Below are positions 13,377 to 26,828 of a stretch of 64,000 bases of DNA, one piece after another. A model generated the notes under the pieces. The model had not been told where the DNA came from. It was given only the letters and a program-made list of their open reading frames with translations, and searched no databases. This DNA is from Lingula anatina (taxonomy: Eukaryota > Animalia > Brachiopoda): contig CM120648.1 in assembly GCA_051362555.1 (NCBI GenBank), positions 4,460,587 to 4,524,586 on the forward strand, given 5' to 3'. Position 1 is the first letter of the stretch; every line of letters begins with the position of its first letter. A program made the translations under genes and the position numbers.

Positions 13377-14713
13377 AGAATGACGTGAATGGATCAAGCA
13401 GTTTTAAAATTTTCCATCTTTTAATACAATTTTAGAATAGCATAGTATCCCGTCTTCATACCAGGTATACAAACAGACAGACGGACGGACAAACAGTCAC
13501 ACATATTAGGATTTACTGGTGCTTTGTTTTAGGTTCAACCACAGACCTCTTCAAGAAATTCACAGCTCTCCATTCAAACGTAGAGGTCGACCCTGATGTT
13601 ACTGTAGTCACAAAAATGTCAGTGTTACAAGAATGGTAGTCCGTGGTCCCGTATGATAAGTACAGGTTGGGGTTAGTTGGAGTATTGGTGTTACTATATG
13701 GGACGAATGTCACCTGTGTAAAGTAATTGGGAAACGGACTCTGGTTCCTAGTTGACTACCATACCTGTGACACACTGTCGTGTACGAGAGAGTTCCCTGT
13801 GACACAGGGTCCGGTTCCCATTGATTTGTTCAGCTTAGCCGCGCCTTAGATTTGGAATAACATACATCACGCTAACCCTAGCCTGTACGAATCTAATGGA
13901 GGGCGGACTCTCAAACATCAGGTGAATCCATTTAAAGAGAAAAGACCGACCTTCATAGGCGTACATTATAAAGCGATGTACACCTGACTGAAGTTCATGA
14001 AAATTTTGATCGAAATATCCTTTTTGAGAATTAGTATTTCCGACAATTTTAAACTTTAACCTTAAAAGGACCTCGTTGTCATGGGAACTCTTAATGATAT
14101 CAAATCACGTATATATATTTCAGTGGTATATTGATGTGCAAGTAAAATTGGCATTATAATCATAGGTCTCTGTTGTGCTTACCTTTCTGTGTTTAAATTG
14201 CACAAACGTTTTGGGAATAAAAATAATTACGACTTTAAAACAAGCGAATGTTCTGCGATCTACCACAACCTTGAATAAATAGGCGCCACCGTCTGGATTT
14301 TTGTGGGGGTTATTTTCAGTATTTTATAAAAAAAGGATTGTTTTAACGACCGACAATGTTTTAGTGGCAACATTTTCTCCAAATACACCAACAAGCAAAA
14401 ACAACACTTTTGCAACAGCTCAAACAAAAGACTGATTATTTCAAATAAGGTATATTACTGTAGAAACGGGCTTATACATGTATCAACAGAACTAAGGGAA
14501 TTTATACGGGTTCAACGTGCAAAGAAGAATTCTTGCTAAAAGAAAGTATTGTAAAAGGAAAATAATTCCAATCTTTTCATTCACTTGAATTAAGGACTAC
14601 TTCAGTCTTTCAGTTTCCTTGAATATCACTTGACAATTGATTGCGCATCAAAATAAGAATACTTTCCCTTACGACTATGTATTCAATTCCATCAATAAAT
14701 GATAGCTCGTAAT

Positions 14714-17601
14714 TCACCGTGGCGAGAACACCAAATCAGAAGAAGGGAAACTGCTTTCATTTAATGGTATCGTTTTAACCAGTTTGTGCGAGGGACTGGT
14801 GGTCGTCACGTCGCTGGCAGCGCTGAAGAAGCGGCGCCGCTGCGTCAAACTCCAGCGACGAACTCTTCGTAGACGCACGCACAAGATGGTGGTCACCAGG
14901 AGAAAGAGGAGGATCAGAACGCCGAGGATGCCGAGAAGAGAGATCATCTCGATGCTGTGGAGATCACACTCGTCACTGGCAGAGTCTTCCTCATCCGGGA
15001 ATTTTGATATCTCACCTAAATAATTAAAAATATATAATAATAATAAAATCGTAATATAGTCATGAAGACAATTTTCAAATATTTGGTCTTGTTAACTAAA
15101 ATGTTTAATAAAGTGAAAATATACGTATAAAAAAATAATAAAAGAAATAGAAACAAATTACAGAGACCACAAACTTGCTTCGTGAAATTATCGGTATAAA
15201 TGGATATAATTCGTGCCCCCAGAGACCGCTTGGTTATATATATACCTCTCTGTTTAAATAGACTATTGAAAACCCGTAACGAGAAGTTGAATTAACTGAA
15301 ACTTAGTGAAACTGACAAATGTTGCTCTAACCGCTCTGCTTATTCACATACATGTATAATACGCGATAGAGCGCTCACAAACAAAATAAATCATTAACTT
15401 TCATCTAATTTATCTTTTATCGTATCCTTTTTATTACACTAAGGTTTATTTTCACATCTTAAATTTGGTGATTGTATTATTATCATTACTACATTATTAT
15501 TATTTCACTTTTAAATCACCTTCAAGGGCATACAAAAGAATACAATTTTTGACGTACATTTTACATATATATATCAGCTGAATAAATTATTATCATTAAC
15601 ATATTAATAAAAAAGTTAACAATTATTACTGGTGCCTGTTTGTAAATCACCTTTAGTTTGTGCCTGTGGCTTCTCTCTATCATCATCCAGAACCATGATT
15701 AATTCTGAGACGCTCAAAACAGGTCGGTAGTCACCCTGATCACTTTCGTTCTTCCTTTCAGTTTCGGTATCATTCTCTTCTTTTCCTTTAGCCGGGGGGT
15801 CTTCAGTGTCTGAACTGCGTTTGTTAACTTCTGTGAATACAAACAATAAAGAAACACCATGAGTGTTAGACCTTTATATAGCAAAACTTAATTTTCTAGG
15901 AAATTTCATTTCTTTTCTTTAAAACACTGAGGTGCATTGTAAGCAAAACCTTTGAAAGAATAGCGGTCCACAACCCCACTTTTGGGCCTTATGTTGCTGG
16001 TTTATCTCATAGCAGATACGAAGTCTCGTGATGTCATAATAGAAATTAACAAATCGTTAACTGGTTCACACTCTCTGTAACTGTTTTGGACATGATAAAG
16101 AGAATATTGCTGAAAGCGAACTCACATAATAAACAACTGAACATTAATAGAATTATTGTGACATACTTCAAAATCACTTGAAAAGAAAACTCACTTAGTT
16201 GCTCTGTCTCTCGCCACCAACTTTCATTTTGAAAATTGTAAGGATGAACTCGTAACCAAGGAGGCAGGGTGGCGACCTTTGAATGACCTTGAAAACCATG
16301 ATAAGACTCCTCTGTGTCCTTTGGTTGGCACTGATTCTTTTGAAACCGTAATGAAAATTGCGGTCAAAAGCATATGGAAAAGACTTTACTGATATACATT
16401 TTTTTTCACATTACATCTGCTAAAAATGAAAACTTTTTTCTTTCTTTTATGTATGATGAAGAGAAGTAACTGAAAACATGTAGACATTTTCTCTCACTTA
16501 ATGGGAAATCCATTCAGATGATTACAATGCATATAACAAAAAATTCATTTCACAAAGGAAAGAAATGAAAAAAAAAACATGAACAAAAATCTTATTTAAA
16601 AAGTTGTCTATGCCTCGACTTTTGGAAATTAAATAATGTTGTTGGGACTGCCTCATTTTCATTGAAAAGGTGTGGTGATTTTTATGGTGTGTTAGGTGTT
16701 ACAGTGTGTTAGGTGTGACAGTGTGTCTGATGCGACATTGTGTTAGCTGTGACAGCACATGACATGTGACAGTGTCTTAACTATTGCCTACCCCGTCACA
16801 TCTATTCCCAGGCAGTTGACTTGCACACGTTGACACCTGGCATTCAAAATACAGAGTATTAAACTGCTCGTATTTGATCACTCTGAACTTGGGGGAGTAC
16901 ACACTCCTTACAGTGCTCTTTTCACCTGAACCAGACTGGAAACCTTGATTATGGGGAATCAGAGATTCTACACCACAACTGGAAACAATAATGTATGATC
17001 TTCAATTTAAAGAAAGTGGCTCATTTTCATTGTTAGTGTGGATATATGGCAAAACTTATGATAACAGGAGTAATTGAAACAAATTTGAAATCATATTTTC
17101 ATTGGCTTTTTAGCAGCGTAAAAAGTAGCAAGAGTGTGTGAACAAGAATGCTGCAGTCAAATTAAAAAGTGGTTTACAGTGGTTTTGTCACTGTTATGAA
17201 GAGTTAATTAATGGACCTCTGTAGGTCCATGGTTCAGAATGGCACAAAACTGTGACCAGTGGAAAGCTTTTGTTAGGGGGGCCATATGGCAGATCAGCTC
17301 TGACCCAACTGTTTTTGGTAATGATCAAGAGATAATACTGCGGTCACATTATACATACCCTTGGCTATCAATCAACTGCATTCGCCTCCTCTTCTGTAAG
17401 GATTCATACATAACACAGTTTGTTATATACAGGTCCTGAAGTACTGGGGAAACAGAAAAACAATGATCACTGTCTGTGCATCTCGCTGATAATTTGCCAT
17501 TACCAGAGTAAACTTTTACCTATTCAGTAACTGAAGAGTTCCTCCAAAAATAATACTATATATATTTTTTTTTACATAAAAAAGTCACAATAATAAATAA
17601 G

Positions 17602-17632
<31 letters not shown>

Positions 17633-19964
17633 ATTTCATGCCAGGATTTAATTCATATTTTCATAAAATAAATACACTGGTATTAAAGAGAAGTAGAATA
17701 AAACATCTGCTGTTTTCTCAAGATATATAAATTCATAATACCATATGAGGGTATCAGTGACACTTTCAGTCGAATCCAATCCCCAACTTTTGTCACTGTA
17801 ATTTTCTTAGATGACACTCCCTGCACTACCTCCATGTGAATATTGGCGTCAGCCAAAAGGAGGCTGGAAAATGCAGAATATCCAGCAGTTTGTCTCAGGG
17901 AAGTTGGCTGACCTTGACCTTCAAATGACCTTTCAAAGGACCTTGGCTGAATATTGAAAAAATTTGGAGGTCCAATAGGTGCCATGCTGAAATAAATAAG
18001 GTAAAAAGTAATAAAATTTTGTGTATATCAACTTTGGTGAAAAATTACAAATACAATATACAATATATTCAAAATTCTAGCAGTTACATAATGTACCAGG
18101 AAATTTGAGGAAACTAATTATTTAAAAATCTTACTGAATATAAGTTAACATAAATTACCATAAAGTACTGGTAAAAGAAATCTTTGTACTTCTTAACTTC
18201 AACTGCACAAAATGTTGAAAAGTTCAAACCATAAAAAAATTCACGTATTCTAAAATCTTATCTGTATTTGCATAATTATTTATAACATAAAAGATGTGTT
18301 TTTACAAATTTCCATTGCTTAGTTTTGCATCCAGTAAAATATAACTACTAAAACACTGTATATGAATTTACATCAAATTAAGTACTAGACTTTTTTTTGC
18401 ATATACTCACAAATCTACATCATATTTTGTATCAGCAACCACTTTATTTTCTATGTCAAATGTGCAGGTCATTGTGAAGGTTTTGTCATTTCCATATATG
18501 AGTAAGGCATGTCTGCGGGCCACAACATCCATGTGGTACACCATACGGTTCTGTGCTGTGACCTGTAATAGTCATCGCAATTTGGATTAACTTTCTCAAT
18601 TTTGAGACTGAATTCTGCTTGTTAATTAAACAAGAACTGCAAAAGTACAATACATTTTGAACTGTTCACAAAAGCATTTTTAAAAGTATAATAGGTTTGA
18701 ATATCCTGAAACATCTAAATTATATTTTTATTATCATTGCAATTTCACATTCCAGTTTTTATCATTCTTGGAAAAAAATCAGCTTAAATTTTTAATGTGA
18801 CAATTTTCTCAAATGACTTAAAAATTTGATAGAAGAAAAATGCTAACCAATTTTACTCCGCAACGATTCAAGTCTGCAATCAGGTCAATGTCCAGCGAAT
18901 ACTCGCTGGCATAGTGATGATGGAAGGAGCAGGAATCCTCATGTCCAAGGACATACACATTATTGACAGGACTTCCTTCATCATACATTATACTCATGGT
19001 GCGGGAGAAAGGCGTGGCCGTGCACACTATCCTTACAGGAGGCTTGATGCACATGGCGTCCGGGTTCTTTGCCAGATCTTCGTCAGTTCTCCCATCACCA
19101 TCATCATCTAGAGAATTTTAATTAGAAAGCTAAAATAATTTTTATCTTCATAATGAGAATTAACAAAAATATTGAGTATTATAACTATTCAATTTATTTA
19201 AAAGAGAAAACAGAGCTTACTCAATGCAAATTTCTTTTTGATTTTTCTAATTCTTTATATGGCTATTCTGATTGAAATCAGGCATATATTCATTATACAA
19301 GTATTCTGTGCTTGCATACTTCTACTATCTAAATTATTTTTCATGCACAATATAAAGTCAAGTAAATTTTTTAATTGTATTCTCTCTAGATCTGTTTTTA
19401 AATATGATCAAAGATGTATCATTCTTGATATAATGTATGTGATGAATTGTACATTGTTATTAGCTGCTACAGAATTAAAATGAAGTACTGCAGTAAAATG
19501 AAGTGAAATTAAGTATATATCTTTCCAAGCTAATCCATTTAAAAAAAAAGCATATCTGTATATTTCTGCCCACCATAATTGTTTGCAATCTCCTCATCTA
19601 TCCTTCCGTCACAATCATTGTCCAACATGTCACCAAATACCGGGATGGAGGTACGGCACTCCTAGAAAGAAGACAGCTCTTTGTTAACTTCAAAGAATAA
19701 TCACAAACCAGATACACTTACTGGCAGAACTGTTTTCTGTGATAACAAATAAAAAGAAAAATTCTCTCTTTCCATGTGTCCCCTTATTTCACACCTCCTG
19801 CCTTCAGAAAAAAAGCCATATCTTCTTGGTCAAAGAGAGGAGCATGACAAAAAAAAAAAAAAAAAAAAAAAAAAAACGAAAGTGAAAGTGAAACTGACTT
19901 ACTGTATTAATCTTGGCAGCCCTGCCCCCAATGGAAGTGGCGGAGTAAGAATGGCTTGCCTGCA

Positions 19965-20002
<38 letters not shown>

Positions 20003-23000
20003 GAGATCACAAAGAAGTTTACTCTACTGAATTATAATTCACCTAATAAAAACCTTTATCATTCTTAATATCATCCCATACTTATTACAAAGTCAACTTA
20101 AAAAATGTGATTGGAATCAGAGCATATATACAACTTGAAATTACATGCTGGCCAAGGTTTTTATAGAAAAAAATCTCAATCAAACGTCTTTTTAGTATAG
20201 TAATTCCAAATATGTAACAGGCCTTGCTAAATTAGATACATGAAATAAATATAAAACATTTTACTTACGCCTGAAAAAACATCTTTGGAGCCAAGGACAA
20301 AGAAAGTTGCCAAGGGATCCACATTATACAGATGAAGTGCAACACTCTCATCCTGATAATCAGAAACATCAACAAAAAGAATGTCAAAACTGCCCAAATC
20401 AGGTATTGTCACACTCTGGGATGGTAGCTTGAGAGACAGGGGTTTCCCATTTATCCTAAGACCCTCTCTGTCTACACTGTGCACGAGTATGGAGATATCA
20501 AACTGAGGCAATGTGAACCAATACTCGTGTTGCATTTGACTCCAGTCTGGCAGAACATACTGTGACATCAGCAAGAGGCCCCCCTGGGATACATTCTTGT
20601 AACCAGTAAACCCTACAATCTGGGCATCTTTATTGCAGAAAATGTGATTGATTCCATCTTCGGTAACCTTGTATGTGTCCCCACGATCATTGATATGGTA
20701 AGTCCCTCCCCCAGGGTTTGGATGACAGGTGGTGTTGTCTTCCAGGGCTTGAATGTGGTACCGAGTATTGCCACCAGATGTCAGCAATGCATATTTCTTC
20801 CCGATGGTCGAGAGTGGATACAGATGTTGATACATGGTGGTATCTGCTTCCAGTGTGCCCCCAGTGATAACAGAGACTGGTTTATCTGCAGTTATGTACA
20901 GACCATTTATGGAATAATCCATATCATCATCGACAATAATCGTTGCCTGGAAACGGCTCAGAACTCTTGTGTACGATTGGCCACGCAGGTAAGCCTCTCC
21001 ATCTATCAATAAAGTACGATCAGGCTCCTTGACTGCTGGAATGAAAAAACTCACTCTTGTTTCATCATGCACTGCAACAATGGCTACCACATCGGACTTT
21101 GATATGTCTGGAGGGTACTCTGCAGCCAGTGCGCTGCTAGTCACTGCTATGTATCTTTCTCCCAAGGCATCCGTGGGTAGAACACTAAAAATATCATTTC
21201 CTGTGGAGTCGTCTTTCATCACAAAAACTGCTACATCAGCATCAGACTGCAGGTGGAGTCCATATTCTTTCACATCTTTACTATCAGCAGCTACGTCAAA
21301 TAGCCCTGGAATTGTAAGGTATTCGGTGGCCCCAGGGGGTATGGCTATGGTGATTTGGGTCTGTGGGGCAGGGTGCCGAGGTGCAGACAGTGTCACAGTG
21401 GCTGGATATGGGGAAGCTGACGTCACAATGACAGAGAAGTCCTCACCAGAATTACCACCGAAAACTGCAAACACAAAGTCCTTGCCAACTGAGTCACAGT
21501 ATCCTGGAATGTGACAAAAAAAACAATAATTTAAAATAATTCTTTAAAAATCTGTTATCAATATATTGGGTTTCATACATCACGATAAAAAATCAACATC
21601 ACTCAGCTGAAGAAATATTTTTGAAAGCAGGAAATGTCCACTCTTTTCAAATACTTAAATGTGGCGAAATACATATGTACAGATGTATCACATCTTCCCA
21701 TTGGCTGGCACATACAGACTTACCATCCGTGGCTGCCATTGGCTGGCAGGTACAGGGGGCACCACTGGCACTACATGTTGGCCTCTCTCCCCAGCACTGA
21801 CAGAAATCTCCGTTACTGCATGGGTCAACTAGATTGAAAAAAATTAATGAATAATCAGTAAATATAAGTGAACCACTTTTGAGACAGACAAATGTAACTG
21901 AATGTATCATATAATATTTTTAATTAATTAAGGTTGTGTGCAGTCTTTGGAGATTGAGGTTGGCTAATTAACTGAGTGATGATAAGACTGCAAAACTGTT
22001 TTTATTATGTTTTATGTTTATCGCTAACTTTTAAATTTTAAACTGACACTGTTTAAGAGTAAATTAAGCAGGGGCAGATGGAGACCATCTTCTGGGTCAT
22101 TCGGAAAAAGTTTACATTGACAGACCATTTATTTTATGGGAAGATGGTCAAACATGGAGGGTGGATCAACAAGCATATATAATTTAACAGACTAGTCTGT
22201 CAGAAAATATCTCTGGATCCACCCTTGTAAAGGTTCAGTGATCACCATTGCATTTTCCGGGTGAGATACGGAGGTCATCAAGTGCAATCTCTCCAAGACT
22301 ATCTTCAACTCCTCTAGCCGCAAATTCAAATTCAATCTAAAATATTAATGATAAATAGGTATTTTTCTTATTTTTTATTTTATTCTGTCAAAACCAGACT
22401 CTCACGTGATCAATTTAAAACAAGTTTTTGGAGAGACTTTACTAATTTATAAGTCAAACATGCACATCCGAGCTCACATATTTTCTTTATAATGTTTATT
22501 GATTTGAATTCTAAATTATGAAAGGTGCTGTAGACATAAAAAGGTGAGTAAGATGTCAAAAAAAAAAAAAAAAAAAAAAAAACAGTTTTCAAATGTTTTT
22601 TACTGGAAAGAGGTATATATGCAGTGCTGACATCTGGTAGTGATACCCAGTACTTATATATTATTATAGTACATGTACGCACCGTTTCTGGTGGCGTCAA
22701 GGTAACTTGGGCAAATAGCCACTTGTCTCCTTGGTTACCCTCTCTCCTCCAGACCTCTGTCATCTCATTGTCAAATCCCAGCCTGTGCGTGTTGAGGGAC
22801 AGTGTCCCAATGTCCTTGCCGTACATATGATACCAGAATGTGAAGCACGACTGACGAGACAAATACACGGGGAAATACAACCTGCAAATTTTCATTTGAG
22901 ATACTGAGTGTGAATTGACAAAACTTTAATTTATAGCATATTTAATTTTCTTTTAATGTGATTTCATTGATAAATCTGGTTATATTTAATTAGAAAAAAA

Positions 23001-26000
23001 CTGCAGAATAAAAAAAAACTTTTTCAATAAGATAAAAGGTAGGAACATTAGAAAAATGACAAAATCAAGCCCTAAATATAAATTCACCAAATGTTCACAA
23101 AAGGTCAAGTAATGTGCAGACTATAATATACTAAGTACCAATTTCAATGTAATCAACATCAAAAAAGCATATTTCTAAAAGTACCAAGTAAATGTTAAAA
23201 CCATTTGTTTAAACATGATATAATAGTTACATGCATTGCATTAACAAATAATTACAAATATCCTGCACGATATCAACACTCCCAAGGAAAGCGGCACTAG
23301 CAATATTTTTTTTATCAGAGCAAGTTGTTGATGTTACAAGTAATTAGAGAAAATATGTTCATGCACTCACAAGGCATCATGATGGTATGATATTGCCCTC
23401 TTCTTCCTGCGGCCTACAATGGCGGGATGAAGGCACTGAGTGAAGATGTAGTTGTCATCTTGGCTTCCTAACGGAACAAGCACATGCCACATTTTATATA
23501 ACAAAAGAAAAAACAAATTATACTTACGTATATCTGTAACACTAGACTGAACTCACTGATGCAAATGGCACTCAGGGGCTGCCTTACACTGATAGATCAT
23601 TGACTATCCTGATTCATTTGATGAAATAAAGGAAATTTTCATCTCATCATTTATGTTGACTATATGTGTGTTAACAATAAAACTGCCTAGATAGTATATT
23701 CATTATATTGTTTTGGATCGATGCTTTCAAATGAGAAATATAGCTAAGATGCTCAGACTTCCTAAGGAAGAGAAAAAATTAGTAAAACACTGCCTCACAC
23801 ACAGACACAGAAACAAGCAGTTCAGGAAACATGCAGAGTCAGCCAGATAGACAAACAAACAGATTGTACTTCACAGCAGGATTTCTTTTACGTAATAAGT
23901 TAACCAAGAAGCTCTACACTGACACAATTAGAGAACATTGAGAGAAAACTGAGAGGGGAAATTAACCAATAACACAGCAGCTCAGTTACAAAATAAAATC
24001 AAAAACACCTTATTGATCATTATTCCCAGGACTTTGCCTTGTTTTATAGTAGAAGGCAATGGCTGGCTGGCTGGACAGTCAGTCAGTCAGTCAGTCAGTC
24101 AGTCAGACAGACAGACAGACAGACAGGAGAAAGCTAGTGGAGGTAGGGTACCTGTGGTATGGCCTTCCTTTGGCCCAGTATCCTGGAGATCCTCCAGGCC
24201 ACGTCCTACTAACCAGTCGTACTCGTCACCATCTGAGTTCTGTGTGAACTCACATGTATCCTTACCCGATTCACCAAAACCAAAGTTACACTCCCAAACT
24301 AAGAGAGGAGAAAAACCATTTTTCATTATTTTAGAAACTTAACCTTTTACGCAACAATATTATTAAGATTCATATTTAATACATAATTTTTTAAATAATT
24401 AAACTACCTTTAATAATATAATTTGCATCTTCTGTGAACAAAGAATTAAACTTGTGAACTAAATGTAACATATCTTAATTGTCAGCTTTCATGTTTGGTA
24501 ACTGATTTTTTTTTACACTGTTGGGTTAATTAATAGGAGCTCTAAGGGTTGTTAAGGCAACTCTCTGAGAGTTGCCTTAACAACCCTCAGAGCTCCTGAC
24601 TCTAAAATAATCAGTCTAAATTAAGTTTTCAATCTCTCAAATACTGTATCCCCAGTATTTCTGCAGGCTGTTTCACTGAAAGTATATACATGTACATCTG
24701 TAGCTTGATGTGAAAATTAATTAAGGGCCTTATCAGGAGAATCTTTTCGGAGTAAGAGAACCACTTACTGGTGCAGTTCTCTGGTGATATCTTAATATCA
24801 TCTAGTCCAAAGTCATAGGCTCCAGAAATGTAGGCATCCACTCTCAGATTGAGCTCCAGCTCCACCTACAGTGTAATGTCAAAACTAAGTCTGCCAGCAG
24901 AAAACAATTTGCTGCAGTTAAGCTGACTTAAAATTAAGCTTTTGCTCCTCTAATAAACCCCAGCCATTGAAATAAATCAAAAAGTTTATCAATAATTAGC
25001 AATTCAATATGAGTAACTGCAAACCACTGCCAATTAAGGCAGCTCAACTATCATTTTATTTAATGGTTCACCATGCATCAATATCTAATCAATTCTAAGT
25101 TGGCCCATTTCTGATCTTTCCTCAAAATTTTACGAAGATATGTTCATATCTACAATTAACCTTTTGAGTTAGGCCGTACATTGACTGTAATAAGTCGAAC
25201 AAAGGCAAAAACTATCTCCTTAGGGCAGGTAAACTTACCTTGTCCCCAATATCAATAGGTATTTCCTGCTTGGTCCAGATATTCACTTCAGTGGTCCTGT
25301 TCAGTGTCCAGATGTTTTTGGGGACTTTCCCCGGCCTTGTCATTAAGAGGTTCACACTGAGGAAATCTGTTCCTACCATGTAGTACCAGAAACTAAAACA
25401 GCCACCAGATGTCAGCACAAAGGGGAACTTCAAGCTGGAAATTGAAAGTGAAACTACATATAAAAATAACAGTTATAACATACAAACTAAATACTTGAGG
25501 AAAAAGTATGTGAAAACAGAGACTGGATTGAATTTCTTTCATAGCATATGCAGTGACAGGCGTATGACCAGGTTTTTGAACTTGACACTAAAGGAGTTTT
25601 CAACTGAAAAATATGAAACTTCAATTGAAGGAATTAAAAATATACTGGAAATACATTTCATCACTAATTTTCTATAAAAGGTGCAAATGGATCTTCTTAA
25701 TTTTATACACTAAAATACTTGAAAATTTACAGGCTTAATTACTGAGTTGAAGATAGTGATATCTACTTAGTAAACAGCAAATATCACAAGTGGCACAATC
25801 AAATTTATGCATTCAGTGTCATCCTATTAAAGTGTAGAACACATTATGTAGAAAGTTCCATTTAGAAGAGAAGCGTGCTAGTTAACAGCTTAAAGTGTTT
25901 AAAAATTTATCAAGCTAAAAGCCAAATATTGGTTAATCTATTTTAAATTCTCAACTTTCGCATATACATTTTTTTAGTAATATGGATTGTTTTGAAACAA

Positions 26001-26741
26001 AAATTATACATGTAAGAATACCATCATTTTTTTAAACAAATTAATCACTGGGCTAGCTAAAACAGAGCTACATGTTTCTTAGCAACTGATACCAGCATTT
26101 TGTTTTAAATAATCTCTTATTCATATTTTACAATTCTCTCTGACCTTTGGCTTTTCCCAGCCCTCACACTCTGGTGATTCAGTCTCAGAAACAGGTCACC
26201 AGATGTCCCCAGTGTATGCCCAAGACGAACCTCGCTTACAGTTGTGCTGAGCAGACGGGCCCCTGGTGTCAAAACAGTGTCCCCACTATTCACAACTGAG
26301 CAAGCTTGGTATGCATGTTTTACCTCTTCACTAGTAATTTCATCTGGAAAATAAAAAAAAAGAATTTTTTCACAGTGCTCATGTCTAATTAAAAAATCAT
26401 TGCAAGAATTACTCTTACTGTTTGTATTAATTCTATGTGAAATATAACTCTATAGCTGTTTCCCATATCACAATTTGCAGTTTACTTTGAAAAAGTCTCT
26501 ATATATGATTCTAATGAAATTAATTTATCAACTCTGACAATTTTTTTTAATAGTGCCAACTGACCTTGGGTGGGAGCCAACTGTTTGGATTTTCCAGGAG
26601 TGCTTGGTAGGAAGCCAAAGTTGCAGTAGAAGTAGGGAAACTCTGTGGATAAATGACAATGAAAATATATATGAAGAGGTGGATGCATATCTAATCTACA
26701 GTTAAGGAGAAAATGCTGTACCTACGTAAATTGTTTTTTGG

Positions 26742-26828
<87 letters not shown>

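Noticed and set aside
20644-21514. Plus-strand ORFs of 122 and 161 aa
   Set aside because: They are antisense shadows of the IgGFc-binding exon.
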